Part shown: piece after piece, positions 9,378 through 18,076 of the stretch | Layout: each line of letters begins with the position of its first letter | Numbering within the stretch: the first letter of the stretch is position 1 | Assembly (NCBI GenBank): GCA_964291405.2 | Contig: OZ219926.1 | Coordinates: 2,592,001 to 2,656,000 of the forward strand | Source of the DNA: Thermodesulfobacteriota bacterium | GTDB lineage: Bacteria > Desulfobacterota > Binatia > Bin18 | Length of the DNA stretch: 64,000 bases | Reading direction: 5' to 3' | Position numbers and translations under genes: made by a program | Notes under the pieces: model-generated | Told to the model about the DNA's origin: nothing | Databases searched by the model: none | Seen by the model: the letters and a program-made list of their open reading frames with translations, nothing else

Positions 9378-10262
9378 CTATGCCGTCTGTTCCTTAAAGA
9401 ACGCACCGATCTCTTCTATAGCCTGCTGGCCTTCGGGAAGAATCGGCGCAAACAGATGCCACACATGCGGCATTTCATCCCAGATTTTCAACGTCACGTT
9501 GACATCGGCTTTCTGAGCTCGTTCCGTGATTCTTGTGGCGTCGTTCAACAAGGTCTCTGCGTCCCCGACCTGGATCAGCAGTGGCGGCAGACCCGCAAGA
9601 TTGGCGTGCAGCGGAGCGGCCAGCGGGTTTTTCGGGTCCGCGCCGCCCAAATACAGCTTGGCCATATCGAGGAGGCCTTCTTTCTGGACAACCGGATCGA
9701 CCGCTGCCCGCGTGGTCATCGACTCTCCCGTTCCTTCCATATCAACCCAGGGTGAAATACCAATGCCCGCGGCAGGCATAGGCTCCCCGGCGTCACGAAT
9801 AGCGATGAGTGCGGCCAGAGCGAGGCCACCACCAGCCGAGTCTCCCGCAATAGCAATGTTTGAGGCCTGAATCCCTTGTCCGAGCAACCACCGGTAGGCC
9901 GCCACCGAATCATCGACCGGAGCGGGGAAGGGATGCTCGGGAGCCAGACGATAGTTGAGGGAGAGTACGCGTGCACCCGCTGCCTGCGACAGACGACCGG
10001 TCATATCACGGTGGGAACCGGCGGAGCCCATCACATAGCCGCCACCATGGACGTACAAGATGACCTTACCCTGGTCGGCGCCATCGGCATCACTCCATTC
10101 GGCAGACACCCCGCCAGCGTCAACCGGGGTACACGTTACGCCAGCCGGAGCTTGCGCTTCGATCATGATGGCTCGTATATCGTTGATATCTTTCGCCTCG
10201 GCCATCTTCGCCCCCATCTCTTTGAACATATCGAGGGTCTGTTGCAGTTGCGGACTTGCCAT
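9378..10262 (-). CDS. Alpha/beta hydrolase, HSL-family (family IV) esterase/lactonase
   Basis: HGGG oxyanion motif, YRLAPEHPFPA, GDSAGG nucleophile elbow, catalytic His in MPHVW. Confidence 0.95.
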   Translation of the reverse strand: MASPQLQQTLDMFKEMGAKMAEAKDINDIRAIMIEAQAPAGVTCTPVDAGGVSAEWSDADGADQGKVILYVHGGGYVMGSAGSHRDMTGRLSQAAGARVLSLNYRLAPEHPFPAPVDDSVAAYRWLLGQGIQASNIAIAGDSAGGGLALAALIAIRDAGEPMPAAGIGISPWVDMEGTGESMTTRAAVDPVVQKEGLLDMAKLYLGGADPKNPLAAPLHANLAGLPPLLIQVGDAETLLNDATRITERAQKADVNVTLKIWDEMPHVWHLFAPILPEGQQAIEEIGAFFKEQTA

Positions 10263-10358
10263 AGCGAACCTCCTTATTTACAGATGAATCGTCTCGCCAT
10301 ACGAGAGACGTATAACCGGTATAGCCCCGGCCAGGTATTGTCAACTCAAAACGGGTCG

Positions 10359-10411
10359 AAGAGTAGACGTGTCATCCAATCGTTCATCCAAAGCGGGACA
10401 CGTTTACTCTT
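10359..10411. repeat. Inverted-repeat element, copy 1 (arms AAGAGTAGACGTGTC / GACACGTTTACTCTT)
   Basis: 15-bp arms with one mismatch, 23-nt spacer; same arm sequence as 16468-16521. Confidence 0.75.
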
Positions 10412-10422
10412 GTTAGGACGCC

Positions 10423-10692
10423 CTAGGCCACCCAGCCGTACTGAAAGGTATGGATCGTGCCGGGCGGATACCACCACTGACCGGTCTGACATAAGGGACA
10501 GGTCTTTGGCGTGGACCCCCGTCTATATTCCGGGACACCGGCCATGGCTTGCACTGCGCCTTCAAAGGTCCCATCTCGGGTGACCTTCTTCGTCAGCAAG
10601 TAGAGTCCCATGCCACAGTCAGGACACGACAGAATCGTGCCTGCATTCAAAAACGGGAGCGAGGTAATCTGATCTGGGAAGGGCTGCGGCAT
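10423..10692 (-). CDS. Small zinc-ribbon-type hypothetical protein
   Basis: CPDC and CPLC pairs; GGAGGGG RBS before ATG 10692; directly follows the 412-aa gene. Confidence 0.7.
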   Translation of the reverse strand: MPQPFPDQITSLPFLNAGTILSCPDCGMGLYLLTKKVTRDGTFEGAVQAMAGVPEYRRGSTPKTCPLCQTGQWWYPPGTIHTFQYGWVA

Positions 10693-10708
10693 TGTCCCCT
10701 CCAAATAC

Positions 10709-11947
10709 TCAGACCCGCCGTTGGCGCTGGGCCTGCTGCGTCTGAGCCGCAAACTCAGACGGCTTCATAATGAGCGAGCTTTTAGATTCTTCCTGTTGTT
10801 GTTGCTTTTCTTCCGTGTAGTGCAGGCCGATGCTTTGCTGGACCAATCCTTCACAAAAGGGAATGCCACTCCCACTCGCCCCTTCCTTTTGGAGGGCAAA
10901 AGACACGGCCAGGGCGCGTTGGGCTGACGCTATACGTCCAGTTGTTGCAAAATATAGAGCCATTTCTTCCAAGCGCCGGGCGTAGACTTGGCCGCTCTCC
11001 CCTGAGAATACTTCGGTAACCGCTTGTTTGATAACATCGTTCACCCGGTCTTTTTGCTGGTGCTGATTCAGCACCAGGGGGCTCTCCTGCGCACTGGTGA
11101 TCTTTTCGACATAGGGCTTGGCCTGTTCTGCGTCAAACACCCACCGCTGCATTTCCGGCTCTTCGCCCAGTTGGATAGATGTTGCCAAAAAAGTGTCGTC
11201 GGCAGCGACGGCCTGACGATCCAAACTGTCCGGCAGGGGAACGGCCTGGGACAAAGAGTCAGCGGGTCCGGCTTCGTCTGAACGATTGGCGGACACAAAA
11301 GACCGAAGCGCCGGATAGGACTCCACTTCTCTATTGTCTTGTGCCTCAGCCCGTTCATAGCCTTCCTGCATCAGGAAATCGCAATAGCGCCACGGTACCT
11401 GAACCATAGTTACGCCGCGGCTGTCGAGCAAATCCTGAAGCACCTGCCGCAGCATCTTGCGCGATATTTCCGTCCCTTCAATATAGCGCATGCCTTCGGG
11501 TTCGTTGATCAACGCAGACAAGAAATGAAACCCGCCGCCAACGCGTGATTTCACTATCCAAACGAGACGATCACCCCGCCCGTCCATTGAAGACAGATAG
11601 CCCTCCGGTTCAATCGGGGTGAGAATGGACTTGCCCGACCCCTTTTGCGGTCGGTCGACCTGTATCCCTTTTTGTGACAAACGATAGAGGGCACGGCTAA
11701 TCTCTTTGCGCAAATGCTTATCGGTTGCCCGCTCGACCCAATCCGTCAGGAACTGGGCCGACTCTGCCGTCTGGACCTCGCCCAGTAAGGCGGCCAGGGC
11801 GAAGTCGGCGTCAGCATTCTGGCCTATGTGCTCATTCAGGCCGGCAATATCCAGGTCTTGTCCGGCAGAGGGCTGAATTCCCCATTCTTCCAGCGCTTTT
11901 TTGCCTCGTGCCAGGCGTGGGTCGCGCTTCGCACTCTTTTTCGCCAT
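10709..11947 (-). CDS. Conserved hypothetical protein (412 aa)
   Basis: Long ORF with GGAGG RBS and upstream promoter; helical N-terminus, LSSMDGRGDR motif; no function recognised. Confidence 0.8.
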   Translation of the reverse strand: MAKKSAKRDPRLARGKKALEEWGIQPSAGQDLDIAGLNEHIGQNADADFALAALLGEVQTAESAQFLTDWVERATDKHLRKEISRALYRLSQKGIQVDRPQKGSGKSILTPIEPEGYLSSMDGRGDRLVWIVKSRVGGGFHFLSALINEPEGMRYIEGTEISRKMLRQVLQDLLDSRGVTMVQVPWRYCDFLMQEGYERAEAQDNREVESYPALRSFVSANRSDEAGPADSLSQAVPLPDSLDRQAVAADDTFLATSIQLGEEPEMQRWVFDAEQAKPYVEKITSAQESPLVLNQHQQKDRVNDVIKQAVTEVFSGESGQVYARRLEEMALYFATTGRIASAQRALAVSFALQKEGASGSGIPFCEGLVQQSIGLHYTEEKQQQQEESKSSLIMKPSEFAAQTQQAQRQRRV

Positions 11948-11971
11948 GTATTCCTCCCCAGGGCTGCCCGC

Positions 11972-12001
11972 AGCTTATCCAGCTAGCTCCTCGACTGTCA
12001 A
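11972..12001 (-). promoter_or_regulatory. Sigma70-type promoter for the 412-aa gene
   Basis: TTGACA-N18-TAAGCT on the minus strand. Confidence 0.55.
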
Positions 12002-12076
12002 CGGGATTCGCTTCCCGCCTGGTCTAGCCTGCATAGGGTATTGTTGTTAGGTAGGCTACACGGAGGTTGAGGCAGG

Positions 12077-13249
12077 ATGGCGACAGCGCGTTTTTGTCCA
12101 CAGTGTGGGACAAAAACTATCCCTCAAGCAAATTTTTGTACGAACTGCGGGGAACCTCTCGGGGGCAAAGCCGGAGGGCAGAAGGCCGAGAAATCAGCCG
12201 CCCTATCAGCGACGGGTGCCCAGCGGCTGCCCATCCCCGGCCTCATCGTTTTGTCCTGCTACCTCGCCGTTGGTATCGGACTCTGGGTATTTGTCCTTCG
12301 GACAGAGCCTTTCACTCCGACCCCCACCCCTTCCACGCAAGCCAGCACGGGCGGCTCGGCCCTGCCCCAGGATCACCCCCAGGTTTCCTTGCCCGAGGAA
12401 GTGCAGAGCCGTATTGCGGAACTGGTTGCCCAGGCCAATGCCGCTCCGCAAGACCCCAATGCGTGGCGAACCTTGGCCGAAGTCCAGTTCCGGGCGTCAC
12501 AGCTGGATGCCAGCTACCGCAGCGCGGCCCTGGCCTCCTATCGCAAGCTGTCTGAGCTTGCCCCGAATGATCTGGACGCGCTGCGTGGCTTGGGGAATGT
12601 CTACTACGACCTTGAGGAACATCACAAGGCGATCGAGTATTATCAGCGCTACTTGGCGCTGGACCCGGATAATGCCAGCGTGACGACCGACCTCGGGACC
12701 ATGTACCTCTATACCGGCCAAGTCGACCAAGCCATCGCGGTCTATCAATCCGTCCTGGCCAAGCAGCCCGGCTTCTTTCAGGCCCATTTTAACCTGGGGG
12801 TAGCCTACCAGGAGAAGGGCCTGCCCGAACAAGCGGTCGCCTCATTACAGCAGGCCAAGAGTCTGACGGATAATACCGCCGTCCAGGCCCGCATCGACCA
12901 GCTCCTGGAACAATTCTCGAACGGGACGGCCCCATCCCGAACCGCATCGACAACAAATCCCGCAGCGTCAACCTTTCAGCAAGCGGTGGAAGCGCTCTTT
13001 CGCTCACATGAAATGATGGCGCCCAAAATCGTCCGTATCGAGTGGCCGTCGCAAACCCAGGCCAGGGTCTTCTTTCGCAATTTTCCCATGGCTGGTATGC
13101 CTCAGATGGTCCGAGATAGTTTCAGAGAAAAACTTCGGGGCCAGCTCATTGACGCCCGGCAAAAGACTGGCATCAGTGGTTTGGCGACCGTTGAGCTTAT
13201 CGATATGGATACCCAGCAAGTTATGGAGACTCTCACGACCACTTCATAA
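12077..13249 (+). CDS. Membrane-anchored TPR protein with N-terminal zinc ribbon
   Basis: CPQC/CTNC ribbon, one TM helix, LPQDHP motif, 4-5 TPR repeats. Confidence 0.85.
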   Translation: MATARFCPQCGTKTIPQANFCTNCGEPLGGKAGGQKAEKSAALSATGAQRLPIPGLIVLSCYLAVGIGLWVFVLRTEPFTPTPTPSTQASTGGSALPQDHPQVSLPEEVQSRIAELVAQANAAPQDPNAWRTLAEVQFRASQLDASYRSAALASYRKLSELAPNDLDALRGLGNVYYDLEEHHKAIEYYQRYLALDPDNASVTTDLGTMYLYTGQVDQAIAVYQSVLAKQPGFFQAHFNLGVAYQEKGLPEQAVASLQQAKSLTDNTAVQARIDQLLEQFSNGTAPSRTASTTNPAASTFQQAVEALFRSHEMMAPKIVRIEWPSQTQARVFFRNFPMAGMPQMVRDSFREKLRGQLIDARQKTGISGLATVELIDMDTQQVMETLTTTS

Positions 13250-13271
13250 ATAGAGTAAACGAGTCACGATT

Positions 13272-14099
13272 ATGAGCGAAGCAAATACTCCGAATGGTGC
13301 GGTTCCGTTTTATTTACCCATAGGTGATGAGGTCGAGATTTTTCAGGCCGCTTACGAGTGTCGTCTGCCCGTGCTGCTCAAAGGCCCGACCGGTTGCGGC
13401 AAGACCCGCTTTGTCGAGCATATGGCCCATGTGCTCATGCCGAACCGCGACTCGGAAGCTCCGGAAAACATCGTCACGGTCGCCTGCCATGAAGACCTGA
13501 CGGGGAGTGACCTGGTCGGACGGTATCTGATTAAGGGCGACGATACCGTCTGGGTGGACGGACCGCTGACCCAGGCAGTCCGCACTGGGGCGATTTGTTA
13601 TCTGGACGAGATCGTGGAAGCCCGCAAGGACACCATCGTTCTTATCCATCCGCTGACCGACCATCGGCGTATTCTGCCGGTTGATAAGCGGGCCGAAATC
13701 CTTGAGGCACATGAGAATTTTCTGCTGGTCATCTCGTATAACCCTGGCTACCAGAGCATCCTCAAAGATCTCAAACACTCCACGCGGCAGCGCTTTGTCA
13801 CGGTCGAGTTCACCTACCCACCCCGTGATAAGGAAGCTGAGATCATTGCCCACGAGAGTGATTTGCCACTGGAAACCGCGCTCGACCTCGCCAAGCTGGG
13901 CGAAAAGGTCCGCCATCTGAAAGCCAGCGGCCTTGAAGAAGGCGTCAGCACTCGGTTGCTCATTTATTCCGGTCAGCTCATTCGCCAGGGGGTGACCCCA
14001 CGTCGCGCGTGTACCGTTGCCGTCTCCCGTTCACTGACGGACGACAACGACTCCCAGCGCGCGATTGATGAGGTCATTAACGCGATTTTTCCAGAATAG
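13272..14099 (+). CDS. CbbQ/NirQ/NorQ-family MoxR AAA+ ATPase
   Basis: GPTGCGKT Walker [41 protein letters not shown]. Confidence 0.93.
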   Translation: MSEANTPNGAVPFYLPIGDEVEIFQAAYECRLPVLLKGPTGCGKTRFVEHMAHVLMPNRDSEAPENIVTVACHEDLTGSDLVGRYLIKGDDTVWVDGPLTQAVRTGAICYLDEIVEARKDTIVLIHPLTDHRRILPVDKRAEILEAHENFLLVISYNPGYQSILKDLKHSTRQRFVTVEFTYPPRDKEAEIIAHESDLPLETALDLAKLGEKVRHLKASGLEEGVSTRLLIYSGQLIRQGVTPRRACTVAVSRSLTDDNDSQRAIDEVINAIFPE

Positions 14100-14120
14100 G
14101 TTTGTTGCCAGTCTGCCGTA

Positions 14121-14810
14121 TCAGAGCGTTGCGCCCTCGATAATCTCCCGGGCCGTACGGAAGATGGCATGGAACATAGGCTGGGTGAGCCGACCGGTAA
14201 AGGTATTTTGTTGGCTGGGATGGTAGGAACCAATAAGGGTAACGTCATCCAGGTCGTAACGCTTGCCATGTCCGAATTTCGGTCGGGGCGTTGGAACCTT
14301 CAGGCCGACTTCCCGCCGAGCTTTGAGATAGGCTGAAAAAGCCAGTTGTCCCAGCCCAACAACGACCCTGACCTGTTTCAGCAGTTGGATTTCCCGCAGC
14401 AAATAGGGTTGGCACGCTTCGAATTCTTCTCGCGACGGTTTGTTGTCCGGCGGTGCACAGTGAACGGCCGCAGTGATATACGCGCCCTGTAACCTGAGGC
14501 CGTCATCGATATGGGTTGAGGTCGGCTGGTTGGCGAAGCCAGAGGCGTATAATGCGCCGAACACCCAGTCCCCGCTGCGATCTCCGGTAAACACCCGTCC
14601 CGTCCGGTTGCCGCCATGCGCTGCCGGCGCAAGGCCGACAACATACAGGCGCGCAGTGCGGTCACCAAGACTCGAGACCGGCTTGCCCCAATAGTCCCAG
14701 TCGCGATAGCGTTTAACTTTCTCCTGGGCCATGCGCTGGCAGTGTTGAATGAGCCGGGGACAGCGCCGGCAGGCAACGATCTGGCGTTGGAGTTGGGCGA
14801 TGGTCCGCAT
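14121..14810 (-). CDS. udgB: Uracil-DNA glycosylase family 5
   Basis: CxxC Fe-S motif, GLAPAAHGGNRTGRVFTGD, HPSQQN. Confidence 0.92.
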   Translation of the reverse strand: MRTIAQLQRQIVACRRCPRLIQHCQRMAQEKVKRYRDWDYWGKPVSSLGDRTARLYVVGLAPAAHGGNRTGRVFTGDRSGDWVFGALYASGFANQPTSTHIDDGLRLQGAYITAAVHCAPPDNKPSREEFEACQPYLLREIQLLKQVRVVVGLGQLAFSAYLKARREVGLKVPTPRPKFGHGKRYDLDDVTLIGSYHPSQQNTFTGRLTQPMFHAIFRTAREIIEGATL

Positions 14811-14811
14811 C

Positions 14812-14898
14812 CTTCGACTTCAGGCGCGCTGCGCCTTACGCTCAGGACCGACGGCCTCCTCTCCGTTCGTGCTGAGCGTAGCGTAAGCGAAGTCGAAG
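14812..14898. repeat. Branched palindromic REP/MITE-like element
   Basis: Outer stem CTTCGACTTC/GAAGTCGAAG; inner stems AGGCGC/GCGCCT and TACGCTCAG/CTGAGCGTA. Confidence 0.8.
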
Positions 14899-14921
14899 CA
14901 CCGTCTCCCTGGTGGCTGGCT

Positions 14922-16400
14922 TTACAAACTCAAGATATACTGCACGAGCGTCCGCACGCCAAAGCCGGTGCCGCCTCTCGGGGCATGCGGCAGGGCCCGC
15001 TCTGAAAAGGCCGGACCGGCAATATCCAGATGCGCCCAGGGGACCTCCGAGACAAACTCTTCAAGAAAAAGCGCTGCAGTAATCGCTCCCCCATAGCCCC
15101 CGCCGATATTTTTAATGTCGGCAATGGGACTCTTGATGTCGTCCTTATATTCCTTCACCAGGGGCATGGGCCATAATTGCTCGCCTGTCTCTTTGCTGCT
15201 GGCTAACAAATCATCCGTCAGCTTCTGATTATTGCTGAACAGCCCGGCGACTCGGGAGCCCAGGGCGACCATGCAGGCACCGGTCAGGGTGGCCAGATCA
15301 ATAATGACGTCGGGCTTGTCTTCTACGGCACAGATCAGCGCATCAGCCAGGATCAGGCGGCCCTCTGCATCCGTATTGAGAACCTCGACGGTTTTGCCGT
15401 TTCGATAGCTAATAATATCACCGGGTTTCTGAGCCGTGCCGCTCGGCATATTTTCAGACGAGGGTACATACCCCGTGACCTGCACCTGCGGCTTGAGCGC
15501 GGCAATCGCCCGCATCGTCCCCAGTACCGTTGCGCCACCCGACATATCAATCTTCATCGTCTCCATGGACTTTGCTGGCTTGAGCGAAAGTCCACCGGAG
15601 TCAAAGGTGAGCCCCTTCCCGACCAGGGCCACTTTCTTTTTGGGCTTTGCGGAGGGGATATAGCGCAGCTTGATGAAGCGGGGCTCTTCCGGACCGCCAC
15701 GCGAAACCGCGAGCAGGCCATACATTTTGGCTGCCTTGATCTTGTTCACACCCCAGACTTCGGTCTTGAGCCCGTTTCCGTCAGAGAGTTTTTTTGCTTG
15801 ATTGGCTAAGTAGGTGGGTGTGGAAACCGAAGCGGGTTCATTGACCAAATCGCGTGCCAGAAAGACACCAGGAACAGTATTCTGAACCGTTTCGAGGGAC
15901 TGGCTGAGCCGAGCACTTTTCCTGAGACCGGGACCGGCCAGGGTGAAGGTCTCGATGGCCGTCTTTTTCCCGTTGTCAGACTTGTACTTCTGAAAGGCAT
16001 ACCCGGATAGCAGTATCCCTTCGAGGACCGCAGCGCTCATGTCCTGTACATCCATGCCCGGTTCGACAAACCAGGTCATGCCTTTCGCGCGTTGCTCCTG
16101 CGCCTGGCGGCGGGCCGCAGCTCCAACCTGACGCCAGGTGGACGACTCAATGCTCGCCTGCTTCCCGAGTCCAACCAGCAAAACCAATACGCTGGGGAGG
16201 CGTTTATGCGTATGGAAGAGGAGGGTCTCACCCCGTTTGCCTTGGAATCGGCTGCGTCTCACCTGCTCGCGCAGCGCGCCGTCCACCGCCGCATCGAGGG
16301 CTTTCAGGTGTGCGGCGTTGTGTTTCCCTTGGGCGACCGAGACAACCAGCAGGTCACTGCGTATGGCCGTAATGGATCGCGATTGAATCCGAACGTTCAT
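14922..16400 (-). CDS. pepA: Leucyl aminopeptidase (M17)
   Basis: VGKGLTFDSGG, MKIDMSG, NTDAEGRL, HLDIAG. Confidence 0.97.
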   Translation of the reverse strand: MNVRIQSRSITAIRSDLLVVSVAQGKHNAAHLKALDAAVDGALREQVRRSRFQGKRGETLLFHTHKRLPSVLVLLVGLGKQASIESSTWRQVGAAARRQAQEQRAKGMTWFVEPGMDVQDMSAAVLEGILLSGYAFQKYKSDNGKKTAIETFTLAGPGLRKSARLSQSLETVQNTVPGVFLARDLVNEPASVSTPTYLANQAKKLSDGNGLKTEVWGVNKIKAAKMYGLLAVSRGGPEEPRFIKLRYIPSAKPKKKVALVGKGLTFDSGGLSLKPAKSMETMKIDMSGGATVLGTMRAIAALKPQVQVTGYVPSSENMPSGTAQKPGDIISYRNGKTVEVLNTDAEGRLILADALICAVEDKPDVIIDLATLTGACMVALGSRVAGLFSNNQKLTDDLLASSKETGEQLWPMPLVKEYKDDIKSPIADIKNIGGGYGGAITAALFLEEFVSEVPWAHLDIAGPAFSERALPHAPRGGTGFGVRTLVQYILSL

Positions 16401-16418
16401 AGCCTTTTTCCTTTTCTC

Positions 16419-16464
16419 GTAGCAGCCCGGACTGAGGCCAGCGCATTACGAAGCCGGGGCTGCT
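16419..16464. repeat. GTAG-headed REP-like hairpin in the pepA leader
   Basis: GTAG overlapping an AGCAGCCC..GGGCTGCT stem extended by CCGG pairing. Confidence 0.45.
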
Positions 16465-16467
16465 TCA

Positions 16468-16521
16468 AAAGAGGAAACGTGTCCAGCATCTACATGCTGT
16501 TGGAGGACACGTTTCCTCTTT
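16468..16521. repeat. Inverted-repeat element, copy 2 (arms AAAGAGGAAACGTGTCC / GGACACGTTTCCTCTTT)
   Basis: Perfect 17-bp arms with a 20-nt spacer containing an AGCAT/ATGCT inner stem. Confidence 0.8.
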
Positions 16522-16666
16522 GTGTCAGGGCGCGCAACTGCCGTTTGACAGAGCGGATGTTGCGTCGGATCTTTTTGAGTTCTTTGTGTTCCTTTTGCTC
16601 CAGAGCAGTGTCCCGTTGCCCTTTGAGCTCCTTCATCTGTTTTTTCAGGTCGGCCTTTTCTGCCAT
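16490..16666 (-). CDS. Small basic coiled-coil hypothetical protein (58 aa)
   Basis: AAGGAAG RBS before ATG 16666; K/R-rich two-helix pattern. Confidence 0.65.
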   Translation of the reverse strand: MAEKADLKKQMKELKGQRDTALEQKEHKELKKIRRNIRSVKRQLRALTQRGNVSSNSM

Positions 16667-16676
16667 GATCGCTTCC

Positions 16677-16985
16677 TTATTTTTCCTTTTCTTCTTGGTC
16701 CTGGTTTGGCTTGAATGTCTTTTTTGCCAGATAAAACATTGCCGCGCCAGCCGCCCCATACATCAGGATGCCCTCAACCAGTCCGACTCCGCCAGCGAGC
16801 ATAAGCACCAGGGCAACCAGCGCTGTCCCAATGACAGCCACAATCTTTTCAATCCGTTCCTCCCGCCCGCGAACCTCTTCCACATGCGCACTCACCCGCG
16901 TTCCACACTCCGGACAACGTCCATTACGCTTGCGGTAGAGAATTTTTCCGCACTGGGGGCAGGGGATCCGGAGATGGAGTGGCAT
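16677..16985 (-). CDS. Small zinc-ribbon membrane protein
   Basis: CPQC and CPEC followed by two hydrophobic helices. Confidence 0.7.
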   Translation of the reverse strand: MPLHLRIPCPQCGKILYRKRNGRCPECGTRVSAHVEEVRGREERIEKIVAVIGTALVALVLMLAGGVGLVEGILMYGAAGAAMFYLAKKTFKPNQDQEEKEK

Positions 16986-17057
16986 ATGCTAGAAACACGA
17001 AGGCCCCGGCTCGTCACGCACGGCGACAAACAGGGGCCTTCTCAACTGTTGACAAGA

Positions 17058-18071
17058 TTATTCTACTGACCAGACGTCCCCGCGACGCAGGAGAGTGTCA
17101 ATATTCCCTGGGCCGGACTTCTCAACAGCATCCTGAATCTGTTTGTTCATCAAAGACTCGATCGTCGGCCGTTCAGTTGAAAACAGGACCCCAACCGGTG
17201 TGGGGAAATTGGGCGGCGTCATACGACCGAGCAAATAGGCCAGGGTTTGATCGTGTTCATCGTGAACCAACAGGTCTGAGGTGCTGACACCATTCCCGAT
17301 AGTGACCACCTCAGGGGTTAAACCCTTGAGGCGAATACCCCGGTCTTTGTTCTTGCCAAAGACCATGGGTTTGCCATGCTCAAGCAGCAGCTGGGTATCG
17401 GCCTTGGAGTCTTTCGCCTTCAGATACTCCCAGGCGCCGTCATTATAGACGTTGCAGTTTTGCAGGATTTCAATAAACGCGCCGCCCTTATGGGCGGCTG
17501 CGCGCCTCAGCGTTTCCTGCTGATGCTTGGCTTCCGTGTCGATACTGCGGGCAATAAACGTCGCCTCCGCTCCCATCGCCAGGGCTATCGGATTGAGCGG
17601 ATGGTCGGCCGAACCCATGGGCGTGGATTTGGCAACCTTGCCAAGCTCTGAAGTTGGCGAGTACTGGCCTTTTGTCAGACCGTAAATCCGGTTGTTGAAG
17701 AGCATGATTTTGAGCTCAACATTCCGGCGTAGCGCATGGATGAGATGATTCCCACCAATGCTCAAGCCGTCGCCGTCACCCGTGACCAGCCAAATGTGCA
17801 GATCGGGTCGGGAGACCTTAAGGCCGGTTGCAATCGCCGGCGCCCGACCATGAATGGTGTGAAAGCCATACGTGTTCATGTAGTACGGGAAGCGACTCGA
17901 ACAGCCGATACCCGAAATGAAAACCGCTTTCTCTTTGGGAATACCGAGCTCAGGGAAGATTTTTTGGACCTGAGCCAGAATGGCATAATCCCCACAGCCC
18001 GGACACCAACGGACGTCCTGGTCTGAAACAAAGTCTTTCCGGGTCAATTTTACCGCAGCTTCTGTGCTCAT
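17058..18071 (-). CDS. korB: 2-oxoacid:ferredoxin oxidoreductase beta subunit
   Basis: WCPGCGD, SGIGCSSR, HGRA, GDGD...NN TPP-binding motif. Confidence 0.95.
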   Translation of the reverse strand: MSTEAAVKLTRKDFVSDQDVRWCPGCGDYAILAQVQKIFPELGIPKEKAVFISGIGCSSRFPYYMNTYGFHTIHGRAPAIATGLKVSRPDLHIWLVTGDGDGLSIGGNHLIHALRRNVELKIMLFNNRIYGLTKGQYSPTSELGKVAKSTPMGSADHPLNPIALAMGAEATFIARSIDTEAKHQQETLRRAAAHKGGAFIEILQNCNVYNDGAWEYLKAKDSKADTQLLLEHGKPMVFGKNKDRGIRLKGLTPEVVTIGNGVSTSDLLVHDEHDQTLAYLLGRMTPPNFPTPVGVLFSTERPTIESLMNKQIQDAVEKSGPGNIDTLLRRGDVWSVE

Positions 18072-18076
18072 GGTCC

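Noticed and set aside
13272-14099. Evidence for denitrification or Calvin cycle from the NorQ/CbbQ gene
   Set aside because: No nor, nir or cbb structural genes in the window; family membership alone does not identify the client
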